Origin: Macrostomum lignano
Taxonomy: Eukaryota
Length of the DNA: 64,000 nt
Reading direction: 5' to 3'
Assembly (NCBI GenBank): GCA_002269645.1
Contig: NIVC01001486.1
Span: 186,001-250,000, forward strand
Shown: positions 10,575 to 22,300 of the stretch, in pieces
Layout of the letters: each line of letters begins with the position of its first letter
Position numbering within the stretch: the first letter of the stretch is position 1
Notes under the pieces: model-generated
What the model was told of the DNA's origin: nothing
What the model saw: the letters and a program-made list of their open reading frames with translations, nothing else
Databases searched by the model: none
Position numbers and translations under genes: made by a program

Positions 10575-11825
10575 GAAGAGAGAGTCGAGGAGAAAAAAAA
10601 GAAAGAAGAGTTAAGTGGGAAGAGAGGAGAGAGGAGAAATAAAAAGGAGAGAGGAGAGACAAGAGAGAAGAGATGAGAAAGAAAAGAGAAGAAAGGAGGG
10701 CAGAGAGAAGAGAGAATAGAGGAGGGAGGAAAGGCAAATAGAGAAGAGAGAAGAGAGATGAGCCGGATGAGAATGAAAAAAGGAAAGAGGGAGGAGAGGA
10801 GAGAGGGACGAGGGGAGAGAGGGAGGAGAGGAGAGAGGGAGGAGAGGAGAGAGGGAGGAGAGGAGAGAGGGAGGAGAGGAGAGAGGGACGAGGGGAGAGA
10901 GGGAGGAGAGGAGAGAGGGACGAGGGAAGAGAGGGAGGAGAGGAGAGAGGAACGAGGGGAGAGAGGGAGGAAAGGAGAGAGGGAGGAGAGGAGAGAGGGA
11001 GGAGAGGAGAGAGGAACGAGGGGAGAGAGGGAGGAAAGGAGAGAGGGAGGAGAGGAGAGAGGGAGGAGAGGAGAGAGGGAGGAGAGGAGAGAGGGAGGAG
11101 AGGAGAGAAGGAGGAGAGGAGAGAGGGAGGAGAGGAGAGAGGGACGAGGGGAGGGAGGGAGGGAGGAGAGGAGAGAGGAACGAGGGAAGAGAGGGAGGAG
11201 AGGAGAGAGGAACGAGGGGAGAGAGGGAGGAAAGGAGAGAGGGAGGAGAGGAGAGAGGGAGGAGAGGAGAGAGGGAGGAGAGGAGAGAGGGAGGAGAGGA
11301 GAGAGGGAGGAGAGGAGAGAGGGAGGAGAGGAGAGAGGGAGGAGATGAGAGAGGGAGGAGAGGAGAGAGGGAGGAGAGGAGAGAGGAACGAGGGGAGAGA
11401 GGGAGGAAAGGAGAGAGGGAGGAGAGGAGAGAGGAACGAGGGGAGAGAGGAAGGAAAGGAGAGAGGGAGGAAAGGAGAGAGGGAGGAGAGGAGAGAGGAA
11501 CGAGGGGAGAGAGGAACGAGGGGAGAGAGGAAGGAAAGGAGAGAGGGAGGAAAGGAGAGAGGGAGGAAAGGAGAGAGGGAGGAAAGGAGAGAGGGAGGAG
11601 AGGAGAGAGGGAGGAGAGGAGAGAGGGAGGAGAGGAGAGAGGAGGAGAGGAGAGAGAGAGGAGAGAGAGAGAGGAGAGAGGAGAGAGGAGAGAGGAGAGA
11701 GGAGAGAGGAGAGAGGAGAGAGGAGAGAGGAAAGTGGAAAGTGGAGAGAGGAGAGAGGAGAGAGGAGAGAGGAGAGAGGAGAGAGGAGAGAGGAGAGAGG
11801 AGAGAGGAGAGAGGAGAGAGGAGAG
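10575..11825. repeat. 1.25-kb purine-rich satellite (GAGGAGAGGAGAGAGG-type units)
   Basis: Nearly pure G/A on the + strand; the long ORFs here are repeat artefacts. Confidence 0.95.
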
Positions 11826-12292
11826 AAGTTTCAAAGAACCGAGGGCCTGCAGATAGAGACACAGTCAATCCCAGCAGAAATTTGAAATCCGCCCAGGGAA
11901 AAGCCATGATTTTACGAGCGTACATTTTTGACCCACAAACATGATCATCTTTATTTTGGATTATTTATATCGCTGCGCGTTCGATTAGTTTTCTAAAAAT
12001 ACATTTAAACCCGGAATAGCTACAGTTGCAGCGATGAATTCTGTTATTGAATGTTGACGACCAGAATAAAGACGTCTGTTCAAAGAAGAAAATAATTAAT
12101 AACACTAATTTTTAAGACACTGAAAAAAGCATAAAGGAAAGCATCTAGTTGAAGTGTTTACTATCTGTCTAAGTCTTTGAAAATAATGTGTACAATCAAT
12201 ATTTATCGGACAAATTAGAATTAACTCCTGTTGGAGGTTTTCAGTATCTATCTGAACATGAACATGCAATTGTAAGTAAATTCATGTCTGTA

Positions 12293-12477
12293 CTCAACAA
12301 CATTAGAAAGTCGCCACCTTTGAGAGTGAGCAGTAAATTTTAGCTCAGCTTCCGCCCGGTTTTCATTGTTTTTTTCAAGCTTTTTTAATATCACAACGGT
12401 TGGCCAGGTGATATAGAGGCTGGTGGAAAGACACTGCTCACTGGGGCAAAGGGTGGCGACTTTTCAATGTTGCTGAG
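12293..12477. mobile_element. MITE with about 45-bp imperfect TIRs and TA target duplication (Tc1/mariner-like)
   Basis: TA|CTCAACAACATTAGAAAGTCGCCACCTTTG...CAAAGGGTGGCGACTTTTCAATGTTGCTGAG|TA. Confidence 0.7.
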
Positions 12478-13316
12478 TATATAATACCATCTATCCGATA
12501 GTCGAAAATATTCTGGTTACTACGGTTGAAAATATCGTGTGTTGCGTTGACGGTGCACTGGTGCTTGTAACACTGCTAAAGAAAGTCCTACTAAAGTTAT
12601 TTAAATAAAAATCAATTATCCAAAATAGTTCTACCAATAGTCTCAACTAAGTAAAAGGGTAAAAAGTAAATTGTCAAAAAACAAGTTTGCTAAAAAATTA
12701 GTCTGACATCTGAGTATAGCAAAAAAGTTGTGTACAATAATTAGTATTAGCACGAACAAGACAGAGGACGGAGAGTGGAGCCACTTAAAAGTTTGGGTGT
12801 CATGTTAAAGAGAACAATGCATAGGTAGCTAGTCACTTGCTACTTGCTACCTTGAGCAGCAATATTTCTGCTACCTACAGGTGTAAAAAGCGTTGCAAAA
12901 CTACGTTTAAGCGGGCGGACACTATAACGCTCAGAAAAAAATAGAAGTAAAACCGATTGACCGCTCTGATTACGGATTAGTACACAGGACACATAATTGT
13001 AGATAACAAAGAGTCAAATTGCAGCTTCCTTTGGTAGCGAAGCGTGTTTTGAACGTAGCGAAATCCATGCTGAGCAAAGGGAGGCCAAACCTTGTGTCGG
13101 CATTGTTCACGCCGGGACGCCAACGGCACAATTGAACACAAAAAAGTAAATAAACCCGGAACAAGCTATACACACAAGTGTCGACTAAAGTCTAGAAACT
13201 TGGAGAGAAAAATAGGAGAACACGCACAGTGTGAGTAAAGGTAAATTCAGGAAGCAATAAAATATCCGAATAAACAACTTGTTGCTGAGGCATTAAGCAT
13301 TGCTGCAAGTCGGCAG

Positions 13317-16300
13317 TCACTTTTTCGCGACATTTTTCTTAGCCTGGCCAAGAGCCACCTGGCGAGCGTTCACTCCGAACAGTAAAGTGCTCAGCGTCTC
13401 CTGCAGGTTCGACTCGTTCGGGCTGACGTTCACAAATAGACAGGCCTGGGGGAATTGCGAGTGTTCGAGTTTATTTGATTAGATAAGTAGATGATTTTCA
13501 ATGGCTGCAATTAGACACTTTGGATCGGTGCATTTTGCACTGACCACAGAGCGACTACTGCTTCAGCTGTCACTGCGGAGCGCACCTTTTTTGTGAGGCG
13601 TTTCACAATCTCGAAGCTTCAAAGCTCGAAAGCTCCTATTTTTGAAATTCTTACTAGTTTAATTCCCTGGAGCAAGGGGCCGTATCCTAGCGGTCTAGCG
13701 CGGTGCTACTATGAGCCAGCAGCCAAGGCTCGGTTCCAAGTGCAGTCACATTTATTTGGGGCTGAATTGGAATCTCGGCTTGGCTCTGCTCGTATAATGA
13801 ACGCCCTTGAGGACCAACCCCCAAGGCACATTAAAGTGTACATGCCTAACTATAAATAAAGTTAAGGCTGTACACTCCTGTGTGAGTGTGTGCCTGCGTA
13901 CAGTACGTATCCGCGCGCTTGTATGCCTGCTCAGGGGAGTCGGCGGAATGGGTTGTGCGACAATAAAGTCGCTTAAAATTTGTTGAATTCCCCTGAGCGA
14001 AACTTCCCAACCTCGTCTGATGGACTTTACTATCAATATTTGAGCAGGAGCTTTAATCGAATTTTTATGGAACAAAAGCACAACACTCCTGTCCTTTGTG
14101 GTATTTGAGTGTGTAGCTTTTTAATATTTTGAGCATACTGGCTACATTGCTTGATCAGTAGTAAACTGTAAAATTCTGTTACCTTGGCGTCTCCGCCCAG
14201 GCTGGGCATGAGCAGGTGCGTCAGTTTGCTGTTCCTGTACGGCACGTGCAGCTGATTGTCGCGCAGAGCCGCGAACACCTGGCCCAGTGAGGTGAGCGAC
14301 TTGTTGATGAAGGCAGCTTCGGCCAGTTGCTCGCCTGTGGCGCCAGTCTTACCGACTCGCTCGGATCCGGCCAGGTCGCACAGGGTCAGCGTGCCCTTGG
14401 TTCGAGTCCCGGTGACCAGGTCCTTGCCGATGACCGTCAGAATGAGCACCAGGTGAGAGCGGGAGCTGGCGGTGTGGAGGTGGAATGAAACTCTTAAAAC
14501 TATCATTTTAAATTAAATAAATTATCATGAGCCTGAGTCGCTAATCTATAAATCACCTGTAACTTTAAATTTAGTTCTTTATGCTTTATTCTGCATCCTA
14601 ATATACTTCAATCAAAGATGTTTACAACATGCACGAATCATAAGGAAACTGGTAAAAATTCACAAAACATACGTTTAAATCAATAATACTTTATGATTGA
14701 CATTCTCGCCGTAACCAATACTCTTACAAACAAATTTACAAAGACTAGAAATGAGTGAGCATAGACTGGGCTTGCTGTCAGTGCAACAATGATGTGTGCA
14801 AAATTGTGCAATTGCGTGTTGCCAAAATGTTTTTACTGTCTACTGTGCATAGTAATTAACGCGCTGACCAAATCCGTCTTAAGTTGGCTTTAAGAAATTC
14901 TAGGAAAGTTTTAAACCCGAATTTGCAGAAATGCGAGCAATCTCAGCCACCCTTTGGGGAGGCAAACAAAAGAAGGAATAATAATTATTAAAAAAGAAAC
15001 TACACTGTAAAAAAACTTTTATAGTCATTGTTACTCGTATTTCTAGTTTATGATATCAACTCCCCCCAATGAGCCATGGCATCTCAGCAACTCCCCCAAT
15101 GAGTCATGGCATCTCAGCAACTCCCCCAATGAGCTATGGCATCTCAGCAACTCCCCCAATGAGCTATGGCATCTCAGCAACTCCCCCCAATGAGCCATGG
15201 CATCTCAGCAACTCCCCCAATGAGTCATGGCATCTCAGCAACTCCCCCCAATGAGCTATGGCATCTCAGCAACTCCCCCAATGAGTCATGGCATCTCAGC
15301 AACTCCCCCCAATGAGCCATGGCATCTCAGCAACTCCCCCAATGAGTCATGGCATCTCAGCAACTCCCCCCAATGAGCTATGGCATCTCAGCAACTCCCC
15401 CAATGAGCTATGGGATCTCAGCAACTCCCCCAATGAGTCATGGCATCTCAGCAACTCCCCCAATGAGCTATGGCATCTCAGCAACTCCCCCAATGAGCCA
15501 TGGCGTCTCAGCAACTCCCCGTTCAACCTTGAAATTTCAGCAACTCCCCATTGAGCCTTGACATCTCAGCAACTCCCTCTTGAGCCACTGCATCTCTGCA
15601 ACTCTCAAAAAACTCCCTTTGAGCTCACTGAGTTTTGGCCTCAGAATTGCCTAGCCCTATGGGCCAATAATAACTTGTTTTCGGTCCCAACTGGTTTTTG
15701 GATGCTAGAGTAACATAGGGATAATTTTTAAGAATTAAAAGTTAAGTATTTTTAAGCAGTCAGAACATATGCCCGATGTTACTCTATGTTACTCTTCACG
15801 TTGTGCATGAAGTATCATATAACGATAATAACCTGTACGAATGTTGCTGATGACACACAAGTTGATGCGAGTGAAACTGCAAATAGTGTGGAGACTTGTG
15901 AACAGGACGATAGAACAAAAAGCAAAACTTCTTTTAAAATTCGACATATTAATACCGTATACTTCGTAAGTTGATTTTATTTTTTCTATAACACAAAACG
16001 ATCCTCTTTGCAAAGAGTAGCCAACTTCTATTGTAGGAAGATTTTGCCATAAAAAATTGCTGGGATAATATGCAGGGCGCGAAGGTTAAGAATGTGCGGT
16101 TCGTTGTCTGTGACGGTTATCATGATCATATAATCATGATTAATCATGATAACTATAATCATGATTATAGTGAGCAATTGCAAATGCGCTGTGAACGTGA
16201 ATATAAAACTTTAGTGAGGTCGAAGGCAGTGGTTAAATTAAAATGGGTTAAAATTTATTGTATTTTAGGACACAAGGATATCTGACTTTGATTTTTCAGT

Positions 16301-19300
16301 CGTCTTTGGCACTAAATCGACTGTCCAACCATCTGAATTCCGTGATTTCAAATCAAACAATAATTTGACATTTATTCAAATATTTTTCAACTTTAAGAAG
16401 GTATAAATAACAGTGCCAAAAACCACCGGTAGCTTGTGAATACTGAAGCACGCTTTCAGATATGAATGAAAATACGTAGTGAAATTATTCTCAACAACCG
16501 CTCACCTCTGCGAGTTCATCTTGGTGGCGGCTACCTTTCTATTGGAGGTGCCCTGGTCCAACGCATCCAGGATGTCCTTCTCCTTTCCAATAGGCTGCTC
16601 GGTGATGTCTACCAGTGTCACCTTCGTTCCGGTACTGCGCAGGTCCACTTGTTTTACATCCTTTCTGAGCAGATCCTGGATGCACTCGTTATAGATCTCT
16701 ACCATGGATATGTGCATGGTGTAGTCTGTGGTGTCCTTCCTCTCCGCGCACAGTCGGAACAGCTCCTGGATGGCGCGAACGTTGACGCCGGGGTTGCTAA
16801 ACGGATTGGGCGACGGGCCCAGCATGGTGTAAGTCTTGCCGCTGCCCGTCTGCCCGTAAGCCATGATGCTCACGTTGTAGCCGTCGGCGCACGATGTAAT
16901 GATGGGGCTGACCACCGAGTACACCTGCAGGCGCCCAATTGGGTCAGTTTAGTTGATTTAGAGTTGACTATGGTGCCTTGTCGTCTTTCCACTGCTATAA
17001 ATGACGTCAATTTGTCAAACAATATAGCCTAAATCCGTGAAAGCCTTTTGTTTATAGGCTAGTTTTTGAACGCAAAATTTTTCTTAGCTTTTCATATAGT
17101 TTTTAACAAAAACTGTATATAAAATTTTAAGTCCTGAACCATCATGAACTTGAACCATTTAGAAATTTCTTGTTTTATGACTAACCGGACGAATAGTCAC
17201 TATTTATTGGGTTACATGTACAGTACGTAATAAAAAGTGTGCACCATTTGCAGCTTTCAAGTGGGGCCGTAGCCCAGTGGTCCAGCGCGGCGCTCTAATG
17301 TGCCAGCGGCTCAGGCTCGATTCCCAGTGCAGTCACATTAATTTGGGGGCTGAATTGGAATCTTAGCTTGGCTCTGCTCGTACATGTAAACTCCTATGAG
17401 TGTATAAAACCTCTTGCCGGTTTTGTGACAATGTCGCTTCAAGTTTGCAAGAATGCACACAGCCCAGCCCCCTGCATTCAATCGGATATAAAATGCTTAC
17501 GGATTTTTTGTTAAAAGTCCTAGGTTCTAAGCCGTGCCCTTTGTTCAACATTTTGACATGTACTTAGCCGGCCAAGCAAAAAATACACTCTACCTCATCC
17601 TGTGTGGAGTTGACGCCGAATGCCCTGTCGAACTGGAACATCTTCTTGTCATTGCCGCCAACCGTGACAACGTCCTGGTCGTTGGGCGTAGCCAGGCTCA
17701 TCTTGGCCGAAGTTTCATTCCGCACCCTGCAGAACACGCGGATGTTGCCGCGCAGTTCCTGCAGCTGGTTGTAGAGCAGCTTCCTCTGCAGGGCCTCTCT
17801 GCGGTACAGGGTTCGAACTTCTTCAATCTGCTCTTCGGTGACGCTGCCGCACTGCTTCAGTCGCTTCATGGACTCCTTCAGCTCGGTGATCTTCTTGCTA
17901 GTGAACTCCTTCTGCGTTTTAGTCTCGCTGACCAGCTGCAGGTAGACTTTGTGCATCGATTTAACTCCGTTGTAGAGTTTCTTCAGCTCATCCTTGGAGA
18001 TTGTCTCCTGCGTTTGAGCTGCCGCTGCTGCCGCGACTGCCGCTGCTGCGGCTGCCGAGGCTCCACCACCACCGCTGCCGCCGCGGGACTTCGCCGTGAC
18101 GGGACGCTCTCGCTGCAGAACCTCCACCTGCGCGATGGTGGCAGAGCACTCGGCCTTGGTTGTTGCCAGCAGCTCCTCTACTTCGGCAATCTAGTGAATG
18201 AATGAGGTTTGATATTTTTCACGTATTTGGTTCCTGTGGGTTACTACGAGTAATTACTGTAGTTGCCTCGCAATATTGTTTATCGATTTGTTCTAACTGA
18301 GTGAGTGAGTTAGTTATATTCTATCATAGATTTACATCTTGGGTTGCATAATTTATGTACGTCTTATTGATATTGTTCGCTTTTAAAACCTCCAATACAT
18401 ATATCGTTAACTTGGCCAGTTTGGGCCTCACGTATTTTTCTCGCTCAGCTTAAATAAACCGCAGTCTTCAGACTTTACAGTTACTGAACTACTCGTAACA
18501 TGACCCATTGAGTTACATGACCCATTGAGTTACATGACCCATTGAGTTACATGACCCATTGATTTACATGACCCATGAGTTACATGACCCATTGAGTTAC
18601 ATGACCCATGAGTTACATGACCCATTGAGTTACATGACCCATGAGTTACATGACCCATTGAGTTACATGACCCATGAGTTACATGACCCATTGAGTTACA
18701 TGACCCATGAGTTACATGACCCATTGAGTTACATGACCCACTGAGTCATGGCATCTCAGCAACTCCCCATTGAGTCATGGCATCTCAGCAACTCCCCACT
18801 GAGCCACGACATCTCAGCAACTCATCATTAAGCCTCGACATTACTAAGCAACGGTTGCGTATGCTTACAAACAGTATTTCTGCTTTTGAGAGATACAAGA
18901 TATGCTTACATAATTATTTTGCAATAACTTCGAAGAAAATTTTACTAAAATAAGCAGCTTTTTGTAGGGCTCACCTTTGACTTCAAATAGTTGTTCTCCT
19001 CCTCAAGTTTCTTGACTCTGACTTCACGCCGTTCCAGCTTACGTTCCTGAAAAGTAAGGCAACATGTATCACATGTGTCAAAGTTTATATGTTAGACTAG
19101 TCTAAGATGTACGGCCTCACACCGCTCATGATTAAGTGCAGGCGTTAAAACTAAACTATAACGGTCCACTCTATAAAAGTGAACTGTATAGATCCTCTGG
19201 ATAGATGTCATTTAGGTAGGTGTCATGTGGGTATATGTTAATGCGGGCAGATGTTATGTGGGTAAATGTCATGTGGGTAGATTTCATGTGGGTAGGCGTC

Positions 19301-22300
19301 ACTTGGGTAAATTGATTCGCTGGAAGTAGTTGAGGTAGTCTTTAATGAGTAGCTTTATCGGATCAGGTCATTTGCCCTTCGCAACTATTGATAGAAAAAA
19401 GCGACCCTAACCGCCGTGGTGAGTTTAGCGGCCATCTCATCGTAGTTCTCATTCTGCATTATGATTGACTTCTCCCGGCTCAGAGCGCCCTCAAATCCGG
19501 CCGCGACCTCTGGCCCGTAGGTACCCTGCGTGGCATGGAAAGTGTTGATGCAGTCTTCCACATTGTAGTTGCTGGCCCGTAAGCTGGCGAGCAGGTCGCA
19601 TTCATCGCGCCATTGCGGGCACAGCTCCTGCGGTAGGAGTTCGATTAGGGTTTGATTAGGGTTCGAATAGGTTTCGATTAGGTTTTGATGAGGGTTCGAT
19701 TAGGGTTCGAAAAGGCTTCGATTAGGTTTTGATTAGGGTTCGATTAGGGTACGATTAGGGTACGATTCGGGTTCGATTAGATCTCGATTAGGGTTCAATT
19801 AGGTTTCGATTAGGTTTCGATTAGGGTTCGATTAGGGTTCGATTAGGATTCGATTTAGGTTCGATTAAGGTACGATTAGGGTTCGATTAGGGTCCGATTA
19901 GAGTTAGATTAGGTTTAGAATAGGGTTCGATTATGTTTTGATTAGCCTTTGATTAGGGTTAGATTAGGTTTCGAATAGGGTTCGATAATGTTTTGATTAG
20001 GTTCGATCAGAGTACGATTAGGGTTCAATTAGGGTTCAATTAGTGTTCAATTAGGGTGCAATTAGGGTTCAATTAGGGTACGATTGGGGTTCGGTTAAGG
20101 TACGATTAGGTTTCGATTACGGTACGATTATGATTCGATTAGGGTTCGATTAGGGTACGATTATGGTTCAATTAGGGTCCGATTAGGGTACGATTAGGTT
20201 TCGGTTAGTTTTCGATTCGGGTTCGATTAGGGCTCGATTAGGTTCGATTAGGGTTCGATTAGGGTTCGATTCGGGTTCGATTAGAGTTTGATTTCAAAAT
20301 TCAGTGAGGATCATAATTTTTTAGACTGACTGAAGGATGTGATTGAGATGGAAGAATGTAAGGAGTAAGTACATGTATGGCTTATTAAAAATATTTTTTA
20401 CCTGAGTCTGTCTGACCAGCTTCTTAGCGACATCAGTTTTTAGCTCCCATTTGAGCGGCAGTTTGATCCAGGCCGATTCATCCGGGTCATAGTAGCAGTG
20501 GACGTTGCGCCTGTGCTGTAAAAATGAAGTCAGGGAAGTTTAGGAATTTCTGGGATGTCTGAGATTTCTGGGATGTCAGGGATGTCAGGGATGTCAGGGA
20601 TGTCAGGGAAGTCAGGGATGCCAGTGATTTCAAGAGTTTCAGAGATGTTAGAGATCTCAGGGAAGTCAAGGAAGTCAGTTATTTCAGGGATGTTAGGGAT
20701 GTCATACCGTAGATGCAAATTGTTATTCGAATTTGAGATCAATCGCCAATAAACGATGATGGTACCGGTGGAGTAGACTATCATTGGTAAGGTATTTCAT
20801 CGGTTTCAGATCACATCTCAGAGGACCAAGAGTTACGGTAAGATATGTACAATTCCGAATGCCACAAATTGTACTGTACGAGTACGATGGTGCAGAGAAT
20901 TCATTCTCAGTGGATTTTAAGTAAAATATTGACTCACTATTGAGATCACGCGATAAGACTATGCTCAAAACGATTCACAGTGAAAGTCGTCCAACTCCCC
21001 CCTTAGCTCTCTCTCTATACTCCAAGCTGAGCAAGTTGAAGTGACTTCTTCTTATTCTCTAAAGAACAGCTGGGCAGTGGAGAGGGGAGTTTTATGCTGT
21101 TTTATGGCCTGGCTGGAGGTTCACCCTAGCGATATGTTGACAGACTCTTAATTTGGGATCGGCAGAATTTAATCAATCGATACGCGCTTCCCTTTTCTAG
21201 CTTTCTCGGACATGGACAACTCACTGTGGAACTCTGGGGAAACAGAGATCTGAGTAAGGATCAAATAATATTTTAAATATGAGCTCAATCTTTAGTTTAA
21301 TTGTGCTGAAAAGTAAATTTCCTAGGACTGTAAAATTAGTTAGACTGGTATTTGACTTTTGATAGAAATTTTTCATCGCTTGCATGCTTCAGCTAATTAC
21401 GAGTACGAAGTATAACAAAATCTTTCTTTCTGATATCTTAGACCATCTGACAAATGGTTAGTTTATTCAGCTTTGACCTGAGTTTTAGCTGATATCTCTA
21501 TAAATGTACGTCCCAAAGTTGTAAACAAAAGCCTCCCATTCCAGATGTTCTCTGAAGGACTCCCTGGCTTCCTTGACCAACTCTTCCTCCTATAGGGGGA
21601 GCGGAGCAAACTTGCACCCCTGCAGACGAATCATGTGCATGCAGCAGCGCCCGCTTTTAGCGTTGAGACGCCCACAAGCAGTCGGAATGAGATCGAGAAC
21701 ATTTTGATCGGCAGAGGCCACCGAAGACAGTCTCGAGTGCCATAAAACAGCGAGATATCCAAGCTGACTTACATGTAGCTGCTACCCAGTAGAGCAACAG
21801 CAATAATTTGAGTCATGGCTGGCGCAGCCCAGACACTGCAGGCTGCTCTTGAGCAGTTTGTGCGACCTCATATGGTTCACGCGAGCTTCCCTGTGGACCG
21901 GTTCTTTAACAAGATGGCTTTTATGACGACAATTTTGCAGGCTGTTGCCATCATTGTTGCCAACTTCGCTGCCAGTAAGTTTTCATCAAGAATGTTTAGT
22001 GAACAGACAAATAGAGTGAACTTATCACACTCGACACTTCATCTGCTCAAAGTTTCGCATTGGTTCAAAAGCCAAGTTTTGCGATGTGAACAGTTAAGCT
22101 TGTTAAAGGGCCTGTCAACTTAAGCTCATAAAGTGGAGCCCAAGTAACCAATGTACATAAATGATGGATCATTCTGCTCAGTGACACCAGGAAGCTGGAT
22201 TTGGCAAAAAAGCGACAAAAGATAGAATGAGAATGAAAAGAGAATTCAAGAGGATAATTAGGGACTCCAACAGCTTAAGTTGATATAATATTCCCAATTA

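Noticed and set aside
10552-11944. Long Ser/Leu/Pro and Arg/Glu/Gly ORFs
   Set aside because: They are translations of the GA satellite, which lacks stops.
17263-17335. Functional tRNA gene
   Set aside because: The acceptor stem does not close, and the shared downstream tail indicates a SINE.
16466-18205. Plus-strand ORFs of 188 and 223 aa
   Set aside because: Antisense shadows of GC-rich kinesin exons.
20723-20968. 81-aa ORF in kinesin intron 5
   Set aside because: No motif or convincing splice sites, and not needed for phase continuity.
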